From an uncultured bacterium (GTDB lineage: Bacteria; Hydrogenedentota; Hydrogenedentia; Hydrogenedentales; JAEUWI01): DNA of 10,931 nucleotides. The notes beneath the pieces were generated by a model. That model was given only the letters and a program-made list of their open reading frames with translations. It searched no databases and was not told the origin of the DNA. The DNA lies in assembly GCA_963977445.1 (NCBI GenBank), contig CAXBPH010000238.1, positions 1 to 10,931 on the forward strand, in the 5' to 3' direction. Shown one piece after another: positions 1 through 7,497 of this stretch; position 1 is the stretch's first letter; each line of letters begins with the position of its first letter. The position numbers and the translations under genes are program-made.

Positions 1-1151
1 TTTTCCTGGGCATCAGCCATGCCAAATGGCCCTGGTTCTACATCGAACAATTGCCGGTGGAGTTGCTCCCCTGGGCGGTTTTCCTGCCCTGGACCGCCTA
101 TTGGGTCTGGAAAAATCGAAAAGAGGGCGAAGAAATGCGTCTTCTCCTTTGCTGGACCCTTCCTGCGTTTATCTTTTTTTCGGCCTGTATCGGAAAGCGC
201 TCCATCTACATCCTTCCTCTCTACCCGGTATTCGCTATCTGGCTTTCCCGGAGTATTCTTTCTCTCCTCGATAGTGACCGTCTTCGTTGGAAGAGAAACA
301 CAGGATTGGTATGGTCCGCAGCCCTTGTGATTATAGCAATCGTGCCGCTGGTGCTCTTTTCCGGGCCCTACAAAGAATACTGGAACAATGCCTTATGGAT
401 TGTCTCCCTGGGTATTGGCGCGTGCGGTATCCATGCACTCTATGTCGCCCTGCGCACCGATGGCCGCCAACTCCACTGGAGTATGGTCGCTCACACCGTA
501 GTCCTTTTTTCACTCTGCTCTCTGTTTATCTTCCCGGCCATTAACCCGTACAAGTCGGCTCGCGATTACTGCGCGCCCCTGCGGAGTTTGAGCGAACAGG
601 GGACGGAGTACAATTTGTATTCCCTGGGCTTTTCCCGGGAAGAATATGTCTTCTACGCCAAGCATTTTCACGTTCCAGTTCTGTGCGAGCTGCTGGCTAT
701 TCCAGAGATGGAATCCCTCTCCATTTACGAGCAGGCCCGGCTTCAATCGAAAATGCAGCGGGATATACAGAAGGCAGTCCGAGATATTCCCATCGTATCG
801 ATGGCGTCTGTTACCGAGGAGGAAATTGAGGCACTACGCAATGCGGTAAACGCCTATCAAGGACCGGACGAGGGACAGGCGCAAAACGTCGCGGCCTACG
901 AAAAAGCGGTGACAACGCGCCTGCAGCAACTCTTTCAGAGCATGAATAATGAGTCGTCTTCGCTCATCATGGTGATGGAAGACGACTGGCGGTGGGTGCT
1001 CGCCATGAGCCCAGCGGGCCGACAGTATGCGCTGTTGAAGGACACGAACGTGGGTAGCCGCAAGGTGCTGCTACTGGCCAATACCAGCGCGGCGAATGCC
1101 ATTCAGACCCTCAACAATCCTGTAGAAACCATCCCGAAAAGCTCCCCGTGA
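1..1151 (+). CDS. ArnT/PMT-like (GT39) integral membrane glycosyltransferase, C-terminal part (5' end outside window)
   Basis: The frame is open from the window edge (FLGISHAKWPWFYIEQLPVELLPW...), so the track start at 51 is not the real start. Motifs typical of ArnT-family C-terminal halves: H..PWFY...LLPW and 'FFS..IGKRSIYILPLYP', then several TM helices, 'INPYKSAR', and a soluble C-terminal domain. Stop TGA at 1149-1151. Confidence 0.8.
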   Translation, partial: FLGISHAKWPWFYIEQLPVELLPWAVFLPWTAYWVWKNRKEGEEMRLLLCWTLPAFIFFSACIGKRSIYILPLYPVFAIWLSRSILSLLDSDRLRWKRNTGLVWSAALVIIAIVPLVLFSGPYKEYWNNALWIVSLGIGACGIHALYVALRTDGRQLHWSMVAHTVVLFSLCSLFIFPAINPYKSARDYCAPLRSLSEQGTEYNLYSLGFSREEYVFYAKHFHVPVLCELLAIPEMESLSIYEQARLQSKMQRDIQKAVRDIPIVSMASVTEEEIEALRNAVNAYQGPDEGQAQNVAAYEKAVTTRLQQLFQSMNNESSSLIMVMEDDWRWVLAMSPAGRQYALLKDTNVGSRKVLLLANTSAANAIQTLNNPVETIPKSSP

Positions 1152-1169
1152 TGGAAGGACTGACGTGAC

Positions 1170-2639
1170 CTACTTTCGAAAACTCTTCAACTCGTCGTAG
1201 ATAGCCAGCGCAGTCTTTCGCGCTTCTCCGTGGTCAACCATAGGGCGGGGGTAGTCCCGCCCGAGTTGCACCCCACAGGCGGCGAGCTCGATGGGTGCCA
1301 TCTCCCAGGGACACTGTAGAAACTTATCGGGTACCTCGGCCAATTCGGGTACCCAACGACGCACATAGGCCCCATCGGGATCGAATTTCTTGCCTTGGGA
1401 GATGGGATTGAACACCCGAAAATAAGGCGAAGCATCGGCACCACAACCCGCTACCCATTGCCATCCCAGGGTGTTGTTGGCAAGATCGGCATCCACCAGG
1501 GTATCCCAGAACCAGGCAGCCCCTTCCCGCCAGTGGATACGTAAATCCTTGGTCAGAAAGGAGGCGACCACCATCCGCACCCGATTGTGCATCCAGCCCG
1601 TCTCCCACAATTCACGCATCCCGGCATCCACGAACGGATAGCCCGTCTGCCCCCGCTGCCAGCGCTTCAGGGCGACACTATCGTCAACCCAGGGGAACGG
1701 CGCGAACATATCTTTCAGGGGCTCTTCCGGCGTATCGGGAAAGTAATATAAGAGGTGGTGGGCGTAATCACGCCAGTAGACCTGGCGAATATAGGCTTCG
1801 TTGGCCGGTCGAATATCGGCCCCGCCTGCCCGATAAGCAGACGCGGCATGCCACACCTGGCGGGGCGAAAGTTCGCCAAAATGAAGCGAAGGTGCCATGC
1901 CGGATGTTCCCGGAATGTCGGGACGATCACGGGCCGTGGGATAGTCCTCAATGGGATCCTCGGTGAATCGGTGAAGCCGATCCTGGGCACCCGCCTCCCC
2001 TACCGCCCAATGCCCCAGAACTTTATCCACCCAGGGATGGGCAACGACCAACTCCAATGTATCCAGGCCGTCGGAAGAAGGCCAGTGAGCCGGTGCCGGA
2101 ATCGATACGGGCGCCAGATAGGGCGTGTCCACAGGCTCTCGCTTTGAACAGGTGTTGTAGTAGGGCGTGAATACTTTGTAGGGCTCCCCCGCGAGTGTGG
2201 CAATCGCGTCGGGCGCATTCAGCAGGCTGTTGTTGAATATCTTGAGTTCAATACCCGCGGTCTTGAGTGCATCACGCACCCGGGCCTCCTGACGCAATCC
2301 AGCGGGCTCATAGCGACGGCTCCCATACACGGTGAGGGCACCCAGCCCTTCGCACAAGGCGACCAGCCCTTCTGCTACCGGGCCCTTTTTAAGGAGCAGT
2401 CGGGAACCCGCATTGTCGTAGGCTTCTTCCAGCGACAGGAGGCTGCGGGTCAGCCACGCCCGACTCGCCGCACCGGGCACCCACGCCCCGTCCTCTTCGG
2501 GGGACCAGAAAAAGACGGGAACAACCGGCTCTCCAGAAGCGACGGCTGCCGTGAGGGTGGCGTTATCCGAAAGGCGCAGGTCATTTCTGACCCAATAGAC
2601 AACCGCACTGGGCTGCTTCTCAGAGCTTTGTCCCGTCAA
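1170..2639 (-). CDS. phr: Deoxyribodipyrimidine photolyase (cryptochrome/photolyase family, likely class III CPD photolyase)
   Basis: N-terminal 'VYWVRNDLRLSDN', 'PYKVFTPY', 'TSGMAPSLHFGELSPR', and FAD-domain 'GQTGYPFVDAGMRELWETGWMHNRVRMVVASFL' and 'DADLANNTLGWQWVAGCGADASPYFRVFNP'. Start moved to the in-frame TTG at 2639, which follows GGAG; the track start at 2738 overlaps hppA. Confidence 0.93.
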   Translation of the reverse strand: MTGQSSEKQPSAVVYWVRNDLRLSDNATLTAAVASGEPVVPVFFWSPEEDGAWVPGAASRAWLTRSLLSLEEAYDNAGSRLLLKKGPVAEGLVALCEGLGALTVYGSRRYEPAGLRQEARVRDALKTAGIELKIFNNSLLNAPDAIATLAGEPYKVFTPYYNTCSKREPVDTPYLAPVSIPAPAHWPSSDGLDTLELVVAHPWVDKVLGHWAVGEAGAQDRLHRFTEDPIEDYPTARDRPDIPGTSGMAPSLHFGELSPRQVWHAASAYRAGGADIRPANEAYIRQVYWRDYAHHLLYYFPDTPEEPLKDMFAPFPWVDDSVALKRWQRGQTGYPFVDAGMRELWETGWMHNRVRMVVASFLTKDLRIHWREGAAWFWDTLVDADLANNTLGWQWVAGCGADASPYFRVFNPISQGKKFDPDGAYVRRWVPELAEVPDKFLQCPWEMAPIELAACGVQLGRDYPRPMVDHGEARKTALAIYDELKSFRK

Positions 2640-2695
2640 TATGTACTCCAATGTCTGGCCATCACTTCCATTTTCCTGAGGACCACTCCCATAGA

Positions 2696-4789
2696 TTAAC
2701 CTACAAAAAGTGGGGCCAGGACGAGCGATATTACACACATAAGTTTAATCAGGATATTGATGGAGGGACCTACTGTATCTTTCAGAGGATCACCTACCGT
2801 ATCGCCCACGACAGCCGCCTTGTGGGCTTCTGAATTCTTGCCCCCGTGGTGGCCATCTTCGATGTACTTCTTTGCATTGTCCATGGCACCGCCACTGTTC
2901 GCCGTCTGGATGCCCAGCATGACACCGGTTGCAATAGCGCCGACCAACATCCCCGCCAGGGCCTCCGAGCCAAGTAGCCAACCCATCCCTACCGGAAACA
3001 AGATTGCCAGGGCCCCGGGCATCATCATTCCCCGCAATGCCCCTTTGGTTGCGATATCCACACAGGTGCGGCTGTCGGGTTCAACGCCTTCTACACCTTC
3101 CCGCAATCCGGGAATCTCGGCAAACTGGCGGCGTACTTCTACGATCATCAAGTCGGCGCAATACCCAACCGCCCGAAACAGCATGGAACTGAAGAAAAAA
3201 GGTAGCATGGCCCCAATCAACAAGCCTGCAAGAATTGTGGGATCACTCAGACTCAGTTCCAGGCCGATGGCGTTAATATCACCCGGTTGTAGCCCCTGTG
3301 CCCGAGCCATGGCGGCGTCTGTGGCCAGCAAGAATGCGCTCAGCAGACCAATCGCCGCGAAGGCAGCACTACCAATGGCAAAGCCCTTACCAATGGCGGC
3401 GGTGGTGTTACCCACGGCGTCCAGATTATCCGTGATCTTTCGCACTTCCGGGTCCAGCTTCGCCATCTCGGCGATGCCGCCCGCGTTGTCGGCAATAGGA
3501 CCGTAGGCGTCTACGGCAACGACCATGCCCGTTGTGGCAAGCATACCCAACGCCGCCAGAGCCACGCCATAGACACCGCACCACTCGTAGGCAAGCATGA
3601 CGGACAGGGCCAGAACAATAACCGGGATCGCCGTGCTCTGCATACCGATAGCGGTACCCTCGACCACCGCGGTCGCCGCGCCCGTCTCACAGCGCTTGGC
3701 CAGGTCGCGAACAGGTTTGTAGTCGGCCGAAGTGAAATACTCACTGACGAAGCCGATAAGACCGCCCGAGACGATACCCAGCACGCAGGCAGCCAGGGGG
3801 CCCCACCACGCGTATTCCTGGCCGGCCAGGGTAAAGGAGGTGCCGAAGGCCCGGGCGTAGGTGGAGATACCAACGATGGCCAGGCCCGCACTGATATAGG
3901 TTCCCATCATCAGGGCATTCTGGGGCTTTGTCTTCGCAAAGAGTTTGACATACATAACGCCAAATACGGACGCGATGATTCCGATGGCAGCCACCATGAA
4001 AGGAAAAGCCAGCACAAAGCCGGGACCACCCGACGCGACGATAACCGCAGCGATCGCCAGGCTGGCAATGATAGATTCAACATAAGACTCTAATAAATCG
4101 GCACCCAACCCGGCGACGTCGCCCACGTTGTCCCCCACGTTGTCGGCGATAACAGCGGGGTTACGGGGGTCATCCTCCGGTATACCGGCTTCCACCTTCC
4201 CCACCAGGTCCGCCCCCATGTCGGCCCCTTTGGTAAAGATGCCACCACCGGAGCGCGCAAAGAGGGCCACGAGGGACGCACCCATGGCATAGCCGTTGAC
4301 GATAGTCATGTTACCATCGAAGAACCAATAGGTCACGGCGAGCCCGGAGAGGGCAACACCCACGACGCCCATTCCCATAACCGCGCCACCACTGATGGCT
4401 ACGTCCAGGGCACCAGCAACCCCTTTCGACGCGGCAGCCGCTGTGGTGCGGGCATTGGCCCGGGTGGCGATATACATCCCCAGGAATCCCGCGCAGGTGC
4501 TGGCCAGGGCACCGGCGGCAAAAGCGATAGCTGTTTTCCAATTCAATTGGAGTTCGGGATTGTAGAGGCCTACGCCCACGAGGAATAGCATGACCAGGGC
4601 AGAAACGGATACGACGTAGATATACTCACGTCGCAAAAAGGCGGAGGCACCTTCCTGAATCATGCGGGAGAGTCGCTCCATGTGCTCCGTGCCCTGTGAT
4701 TGGGCGAGCACATAGCGAACCAGATAAACAACGAATAACAACGCGACGACCGAGGCAATTACGGCGATTTTTAAGAACGGAACTTCCAT
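2696..4789 (-). CDS. hppA: Membrane-integral ion-translocating pyrophosphatase, K+-dependent type (Na+- or H+-pumping)
   Basis: Conserved motifs 'GGGIFTKGADMGADLVGKVEAGIPEDDPRNPAVIADNVGDNVGD', 'DAYGPIADNAGGIAEM', 'LDAVGNTTAAIGKGFAIGS' (Ala at the Ala/Lys K+-dependence position) and 'GDTVGDPLKDT'; many TM helices. ATG at 4789 follows GGAGAGGAG; the track start at 4963 overlaps rnc. Confidence 0.96.
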   Translation of the reverse strand: MEVPFLKIAVIASVVALLFVVYLVRYVLAQSQGTEHMERLSRMIQEGASAFLRREYIYVVSVSALVMLFLVGVGLYNPELQLNWKTAIAFAAGALASTCAGFLGMYIATRANARTTAAAASKGVAGALDVAISGGAVMGMGVVGVALSGLAVTYWFFDGNMTIVNGYAMGASLVALFARSGGGIFTKGADMGADLVGKVEAGIPEDDPRNPAVIADNVGDNVGDVAGLGADLLESYVESIIASLAIAAVIVASGGPGFVLAFPFMVAAIGIIASVFGVMYVKLFAKTKPQNALMMGTYISAGLAIVGISTYARAFGTSFTLAGQEYAWWGPLAACVLGIVSGGLIGFVSEYFTSADYKPVRDLAKRCETGAATAVVEGTAIGMQSTAIPVIVLALSVMLAYEWCGVYGVALAALGMLATTGMVVAVDAYGPIADNAGGIAEMAKLDPEVRKITDNLDAVGNTTAAIGKGFAIGSAAFAAIGLLSAFLLATDAAMARAQGLQPGDINAIGLELSLSDPTILAGLLIGAMLPFFFSSMLFRAVGYCADLMIVEVRRQFAEIPGLREGVEGVEPDSRTCVDIATKGALRGMMMPGALAILFPVGMGWLLGSEALAGMLVGAIATGVMLGIQTANSGGAMDNAKKYIEDGHHGGKNSEAHKAAVVGDTVGDPLKDTVGPSINILIKLMCVISLVLAPLFVG

Positions 4790-4835
4790 GACAATTGTTT
4801 CTCCTCTCCGAAAGTAACAACTATTGTCCGACCGG

Positions 4836-5558
4836 TTATCCGGCTTGAATATCCTGTCCTTCATGGCACAACGCCGCCCGCGCCGCCAGCTGCTCCGCCT
4901 CCTTCTTCGTGGTGCCCACCCCGTGCCCAATGGCTTCACCCCGCACCAACACCGCCACCTCAAATTCCTTCTTGTGATCCGGGCCTTCCGCGCGAATTAC
5001 TTCAAAACGTGGCAAGGCAATGCGATTGCCCTGGCAATAGTTTTGAAGTCGGGATTTGTAATCACCATACCATTTTGCCGTGCCCGCCGTCGCTACTTCG
5101 TTGGTATACACACGAACCACGAACTTGTAGGCATCATCGTAGCCGTTGTCCAGGTACACCGCACCTATGAGGGCTTCCATGCAATCGGCAACGAGGGAGA
5201 TGCGTGCTCGGCCACCGGAAAGCTCTTCCCCTTTGCCGAGGCAAATGTGGGGAACGATATTGAGAGAACGGCCAACGCGTGCTACGCACTTGCGATTGAC
5301 CAGACCCGCGCGCATGCGGCTGTATTCACCCGGCGTTCGATCCGGGTAAATCTCGAAAAGATGGTGGGCCATCACGAGCCCCAGGACGGCGTCCCCTAGA
5401 AATTCGAGGGACTCGTAGTCGTAGCCCCCACGCTCGCCCTCGACCTGGCTTGACGCATGGGTCAAGGCGCGGTCAAAAAGAGAAACGTCACGGATTGTAA
5501 AGCCCAGCCGTTGGGCCAGGTTTTGCAATTCCGTGACGCGTTCTTCAATATCAGTCAT
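4836..5558 (-). CDS. rnc: Ribonuclease III
   Basis: 'ALTHAS', RNase III signature 'YESLEFLGDAVL', 'ADCMEALIGAVYLD', and a C-terminal dsRBD ('DYKSRLQ...GPDHKKEF...G.GTTKKEAEQLAA'). Start overlaps the fabF stop (ATGACTGA). Confidence 0.97.
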   Translation of the reverse strand: MTDIEERVTELQNLAQRLGFTIRDVSLFDRALTHASSQVEGERGGYDYESLEFLGDAVLGLVMAHHLFEIYPDRTPGEYSRMRAGLVNRKCVARVGRSLNIVPHICLGKGEELSGGRARISLVADCMEALIGAVYLDNGYDDAYKFVVRVYTNEVATAGTAKWYGDYKSRLQNYCQGNRIALPRFEVIRAEGPDHKKEFEVAVLVRGEAIGHGVGTTKKEAEQLAARAALCHEGQDIQAG

Positions 5559-6780
5559 ACTTGGTAAGAATTATCGATGCATTGTGACCACCGAATCCCA
5601 GGGAATTCGACATGGTCGCCGAAATTTTCACTTCGCGCGCTTCATTGGCCACGATGTTGAGTACGCACTCGGGATCGGGCGTATCATAGTTTATATTGGG
5701 AGGTGCGATGCCATCACGCATGGCGAGAAGACAGATAATCGCTTCCACACCACCAGCGGCACCAAGCAGGTGACCGATCATGGATTTCGTGGAGCTTGCA
5801 AGAGGCGTTTCTTCACCGTAAACGGCGTGAAGGGCCTTACACTCTCCCGAGTCATTCAATTTCGTGCTCGTGCCATGGGCGTTGAAATAGTCGATATCGG
5901 AAGGATTTAATTTCGCTTCCTTCAGACCATCTTTCATTGCCGTAGCAACGCCGGAACCGTCAGGGCGGGGGGCCGTGATGTGATAGGCGTCACAGGTTTC
6001 ACCCATGCCGGCAACCACACCGAGAATCTCCGCACCACGGGCCTTGGCATGCTCCTCCGACTCCAACATCAGCATACCCGCGCCTTCACCCATGACAAAG
6101 CCATTACGGTCTTTATCAAAGGGACGACTCGCCCGTTCGGGCTCGTCGTTGCGGGTGGACAGGGCACGCATGGCACAAAAGCCCGCGATACCAAAGGGAA
6201 TCACGGTCGCTTCAGCACCACCAGCCAGCATGAAATCGACTTTGCCCAGGCGAATCAGATTGGCCGCATCGCCGATGGCGTGGGTGCCGCTCGCGCAGGC
6301 TGTCACAACACATTTGTTGGGACCCCGGAGACCGCGGTGGATCGCAACCACACCCGCAGCCATATTAACCAGGCCCTTCGGCACCATCAGCGGGGATACA
6401 CGGCGCGGACCGCCTTCACCCATCTTGACCGAATCTATGTTGATTTCATTCAGGCCGCCGATGCCCGAACCGACGATAACACCGCCTCGGTAGGGATCAA
6501 GGGCGTTGAGGTCCAGGCCAGACTGCTTCCAAGCTTGGTCGGCAGCTTCGATAGCAAATTGGCTGTAGCGACTCATGCGCCGTAGCTCTTTGTTGTCCAT
6601 CCCATCGGGGTGAACATCTTCTGCTATACCTGCTATCTGCGCGGCCAATTCGGACGGGTCAAAGCAGTCAATTTTCCGGATACCCGACTTTCCGGCACAG
6701 ATATTGTCCCAGAACGTCTTGATATCATTACCAACCGGCGTTACTACGCCGACTCCGGTTACAACTACCTTCGTGCTCAT
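5551..6780 (-). CDS. fabF: 3-oxoacyl-[ACP] synthase II (KAS II)
   Basis: 'KVVVTGVGVVTPVG', catalytic Cys in 'VTACASG', His in 'NAHGTST' and 'KSMIGHLLGAAG', 'SRPFDKDRNGFVMGEGAG', 'SNSLGFGGHN'; lies directly downstream of acpP. Confidence 0.96.
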   Translation of the reverse strand: MSTKVVVTGVGVVTPVGNDIKTFWDNICAGKSGIRKIDCFDPSELAAQIAGIAEDVHPDGMDNKELRRMSRYSQFAIEAADQAWKQSGLDLNALDPYRGGVIVGSGIGGLNEINIDSVKMGEGGPRRVSPLMVPKGLVNMAAGVVAIHRGLRGPNKCVVTACASGTHAIGDAANLIRLGKVDFMLAGGAEATVIPFGIAGFCAMRALSTRNDEPERASRPFDKDRNGFVMGEGAGMLMLESEEHAKARGAEILGVVAGMGETCDAYHITAPRPDGSGVATAMKDGLKEAKLNPSDIDYFNAHGTSTKLNDSGECKALHAVYGEETPLASSTKSMIGHLLGAAGGVEAIICLLAMRDGIAPPNINYDTPDPECVLNIVANEAREVKISATMSNSLGFGGHNASIILTKYD

Positions 6781-6800
6781 CGGTACCCTTAATGTTCAAG

Positions 6801-6832
6801 ACCCAGTCCGAGAGAATTCCCTCGAACTGGGT
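6801..6832 (-). terminator. 14-bp RNA stem-loop between acpP and fabF (partial terminator, stabiliser or processing site)
   Basis: Minus-strand RNA ACCCAGUUCGAGGG-AAUU-CUCUCGGACUGGGU pairs over all 14 positions, two of them G-U. It is followed by CUUGAACAUU, not a strong U-tract, so a terminator role is uncertain. Confidence 0.5.
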
Positions 6833-6890
6833 GCTGCAGTTTTAACAATCTATATTCAAAGCACCCGACAGGGCATTTTTCAACCCTGGA

Positions 6891-7130
6891 CTAGAGCTTA
6901 GACTGTATATACTTAATTGCGTCCCCAACGGTCTCGATCTGGTTGGCGTCATCGTCGATGTCGATATTGAATTCTTCTTCCAATGCCATCAACAATTCGG
7001 TCAAATCGAGGGAGTCGGCGCCCAGATCTTCCATGAAACCGGCCTTTTCGACCACCTCATCGGCACTCTTATCAAGACGCTCGGCAATAATATCTTTAAT
7101 CGTTGCTGCTACATCTGCTTCGCTTGCCAT
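6891..7130 (-). CDS. acpP: Acyl carrier protein
   Basis: 79 aa, acidic, phosphopantetheine motif 'DLGADSLD', 'LEEEF', 'IETVGDAIKYI'. Confidence 0.97.
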   Translation of the reverse strand: MASEADVAATIKDIIAERLDKSADEVVEKAGFMEDLGADSLDLTELLMALEEEFNIDIDDDANQIETVGDAIKYIQSKL

Positions 7131-7136
7131 AAACTA

Positions 7137-7146
7137 CACCTCCTTT
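7137..7146 (-). promoter_or_regulatory. Strong Shine-Dalgarno sequence of acpP
   Basis: Minus strand AAAGGAGGTG, 6 nt upstream of the ATG at 7130. Confidence 0.85.
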
Positions 7147-7184
7147 CCTGCTGAAATTGAATAGGTTATCTTATTTGGAGCGCA

Positions 7185-7214
7185 AGTATAGCCTCTCCAT
7201 AGCCTTAACTTCAA
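7185..7214 (-). promoter_or_regulatory. Candidate sigma70-type promoter for the acpP-fabF-rnc cluster
   Basis: Minus strand TTGAAG (7214-7209), 18-bp spacer, TATACT (7190-7185). Confidence 0.5.
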
Positions 7215-7322
7215 CCCACTTAAGGCACCCATTTACGTCGCTTCTCCCGGTGGCAGCAGGCCCCCCATCTGGGATAAAATCACCCTCCGCAGACAGGGCT
7301 ATCGACTTTCACACCGAAAGGC

Positions 7323-7351
7323 CTGAAAAGGGCAATATTTTGCCCTATAAT
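7323..7351 (+). promoter_or_regulatory. Candidate sigma70-type promoter for the esterase, with an inverted repeat in the spacer
   Basis: CTGAAA (7323-7328), 17-bp spacer, TATAAT (7346-7351). AGGGCAA-TATT-TTGCCCT spans 7329-7346. Confidence 0.45.
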
Positions 7352-7497
7352 ACCGGATCACTGCAGGGATATCCCATCATTTTTTTTGATATTCCTGACG
7401 AATAGTGTTCATTTTTGTACGTCATTTTGGCCAAAATATCGCCGCCAATGGCGACGAATAAACCGATTCAGAGCAAATTGAGGGATCTATTTTACCT

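Noticed and set aside
2640..2738. N-terminal extension of the photolyase in the ORF track
   Set aside because: Overlaps the hppA 3' end, and family-like sequence starts only after the TTG at 2639.
2757..3506. 249-aa plus-strand ORF
   Set aside because: Antisense shadow of hppA; Ser/Pro/Ala-rich with no motifs, as expected opposite a GC-rich coding strand.
4790..4963. N-terminal extension of hppA in the ORF track (MRWRCWCG...RRRRR)
   Set aside because: Overlaps rnc in another frame; a good SD precedes ATG 4789.
4824..6585. Several 125-201 aa plus-strand ORFs opposite rnc and fabF
   Set aside because: They fully overlap conserved genes on the other strand and have no recognisable domains.
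7257..7325. Cloverleaf-like fold (CAGGCC...GGCCTG enclosing short stems, with CCGAAAGG) suggesting a tRNA or a c-di-GMP/glycine riboswitch
   Set aside because: No T-loop (GTTC) or D-loop consensus, riboswitch core motifs are missing, and the 3-6 bp stems are compatible with chance. An Infernal scan would settle it.
7157..7405. 82-aa plus-strand ORF in the acpP/esterase intergenic region
   Set aside because: Non-ATG start, no SD, no motifs, and it overlaps promoter candidates on both strands.
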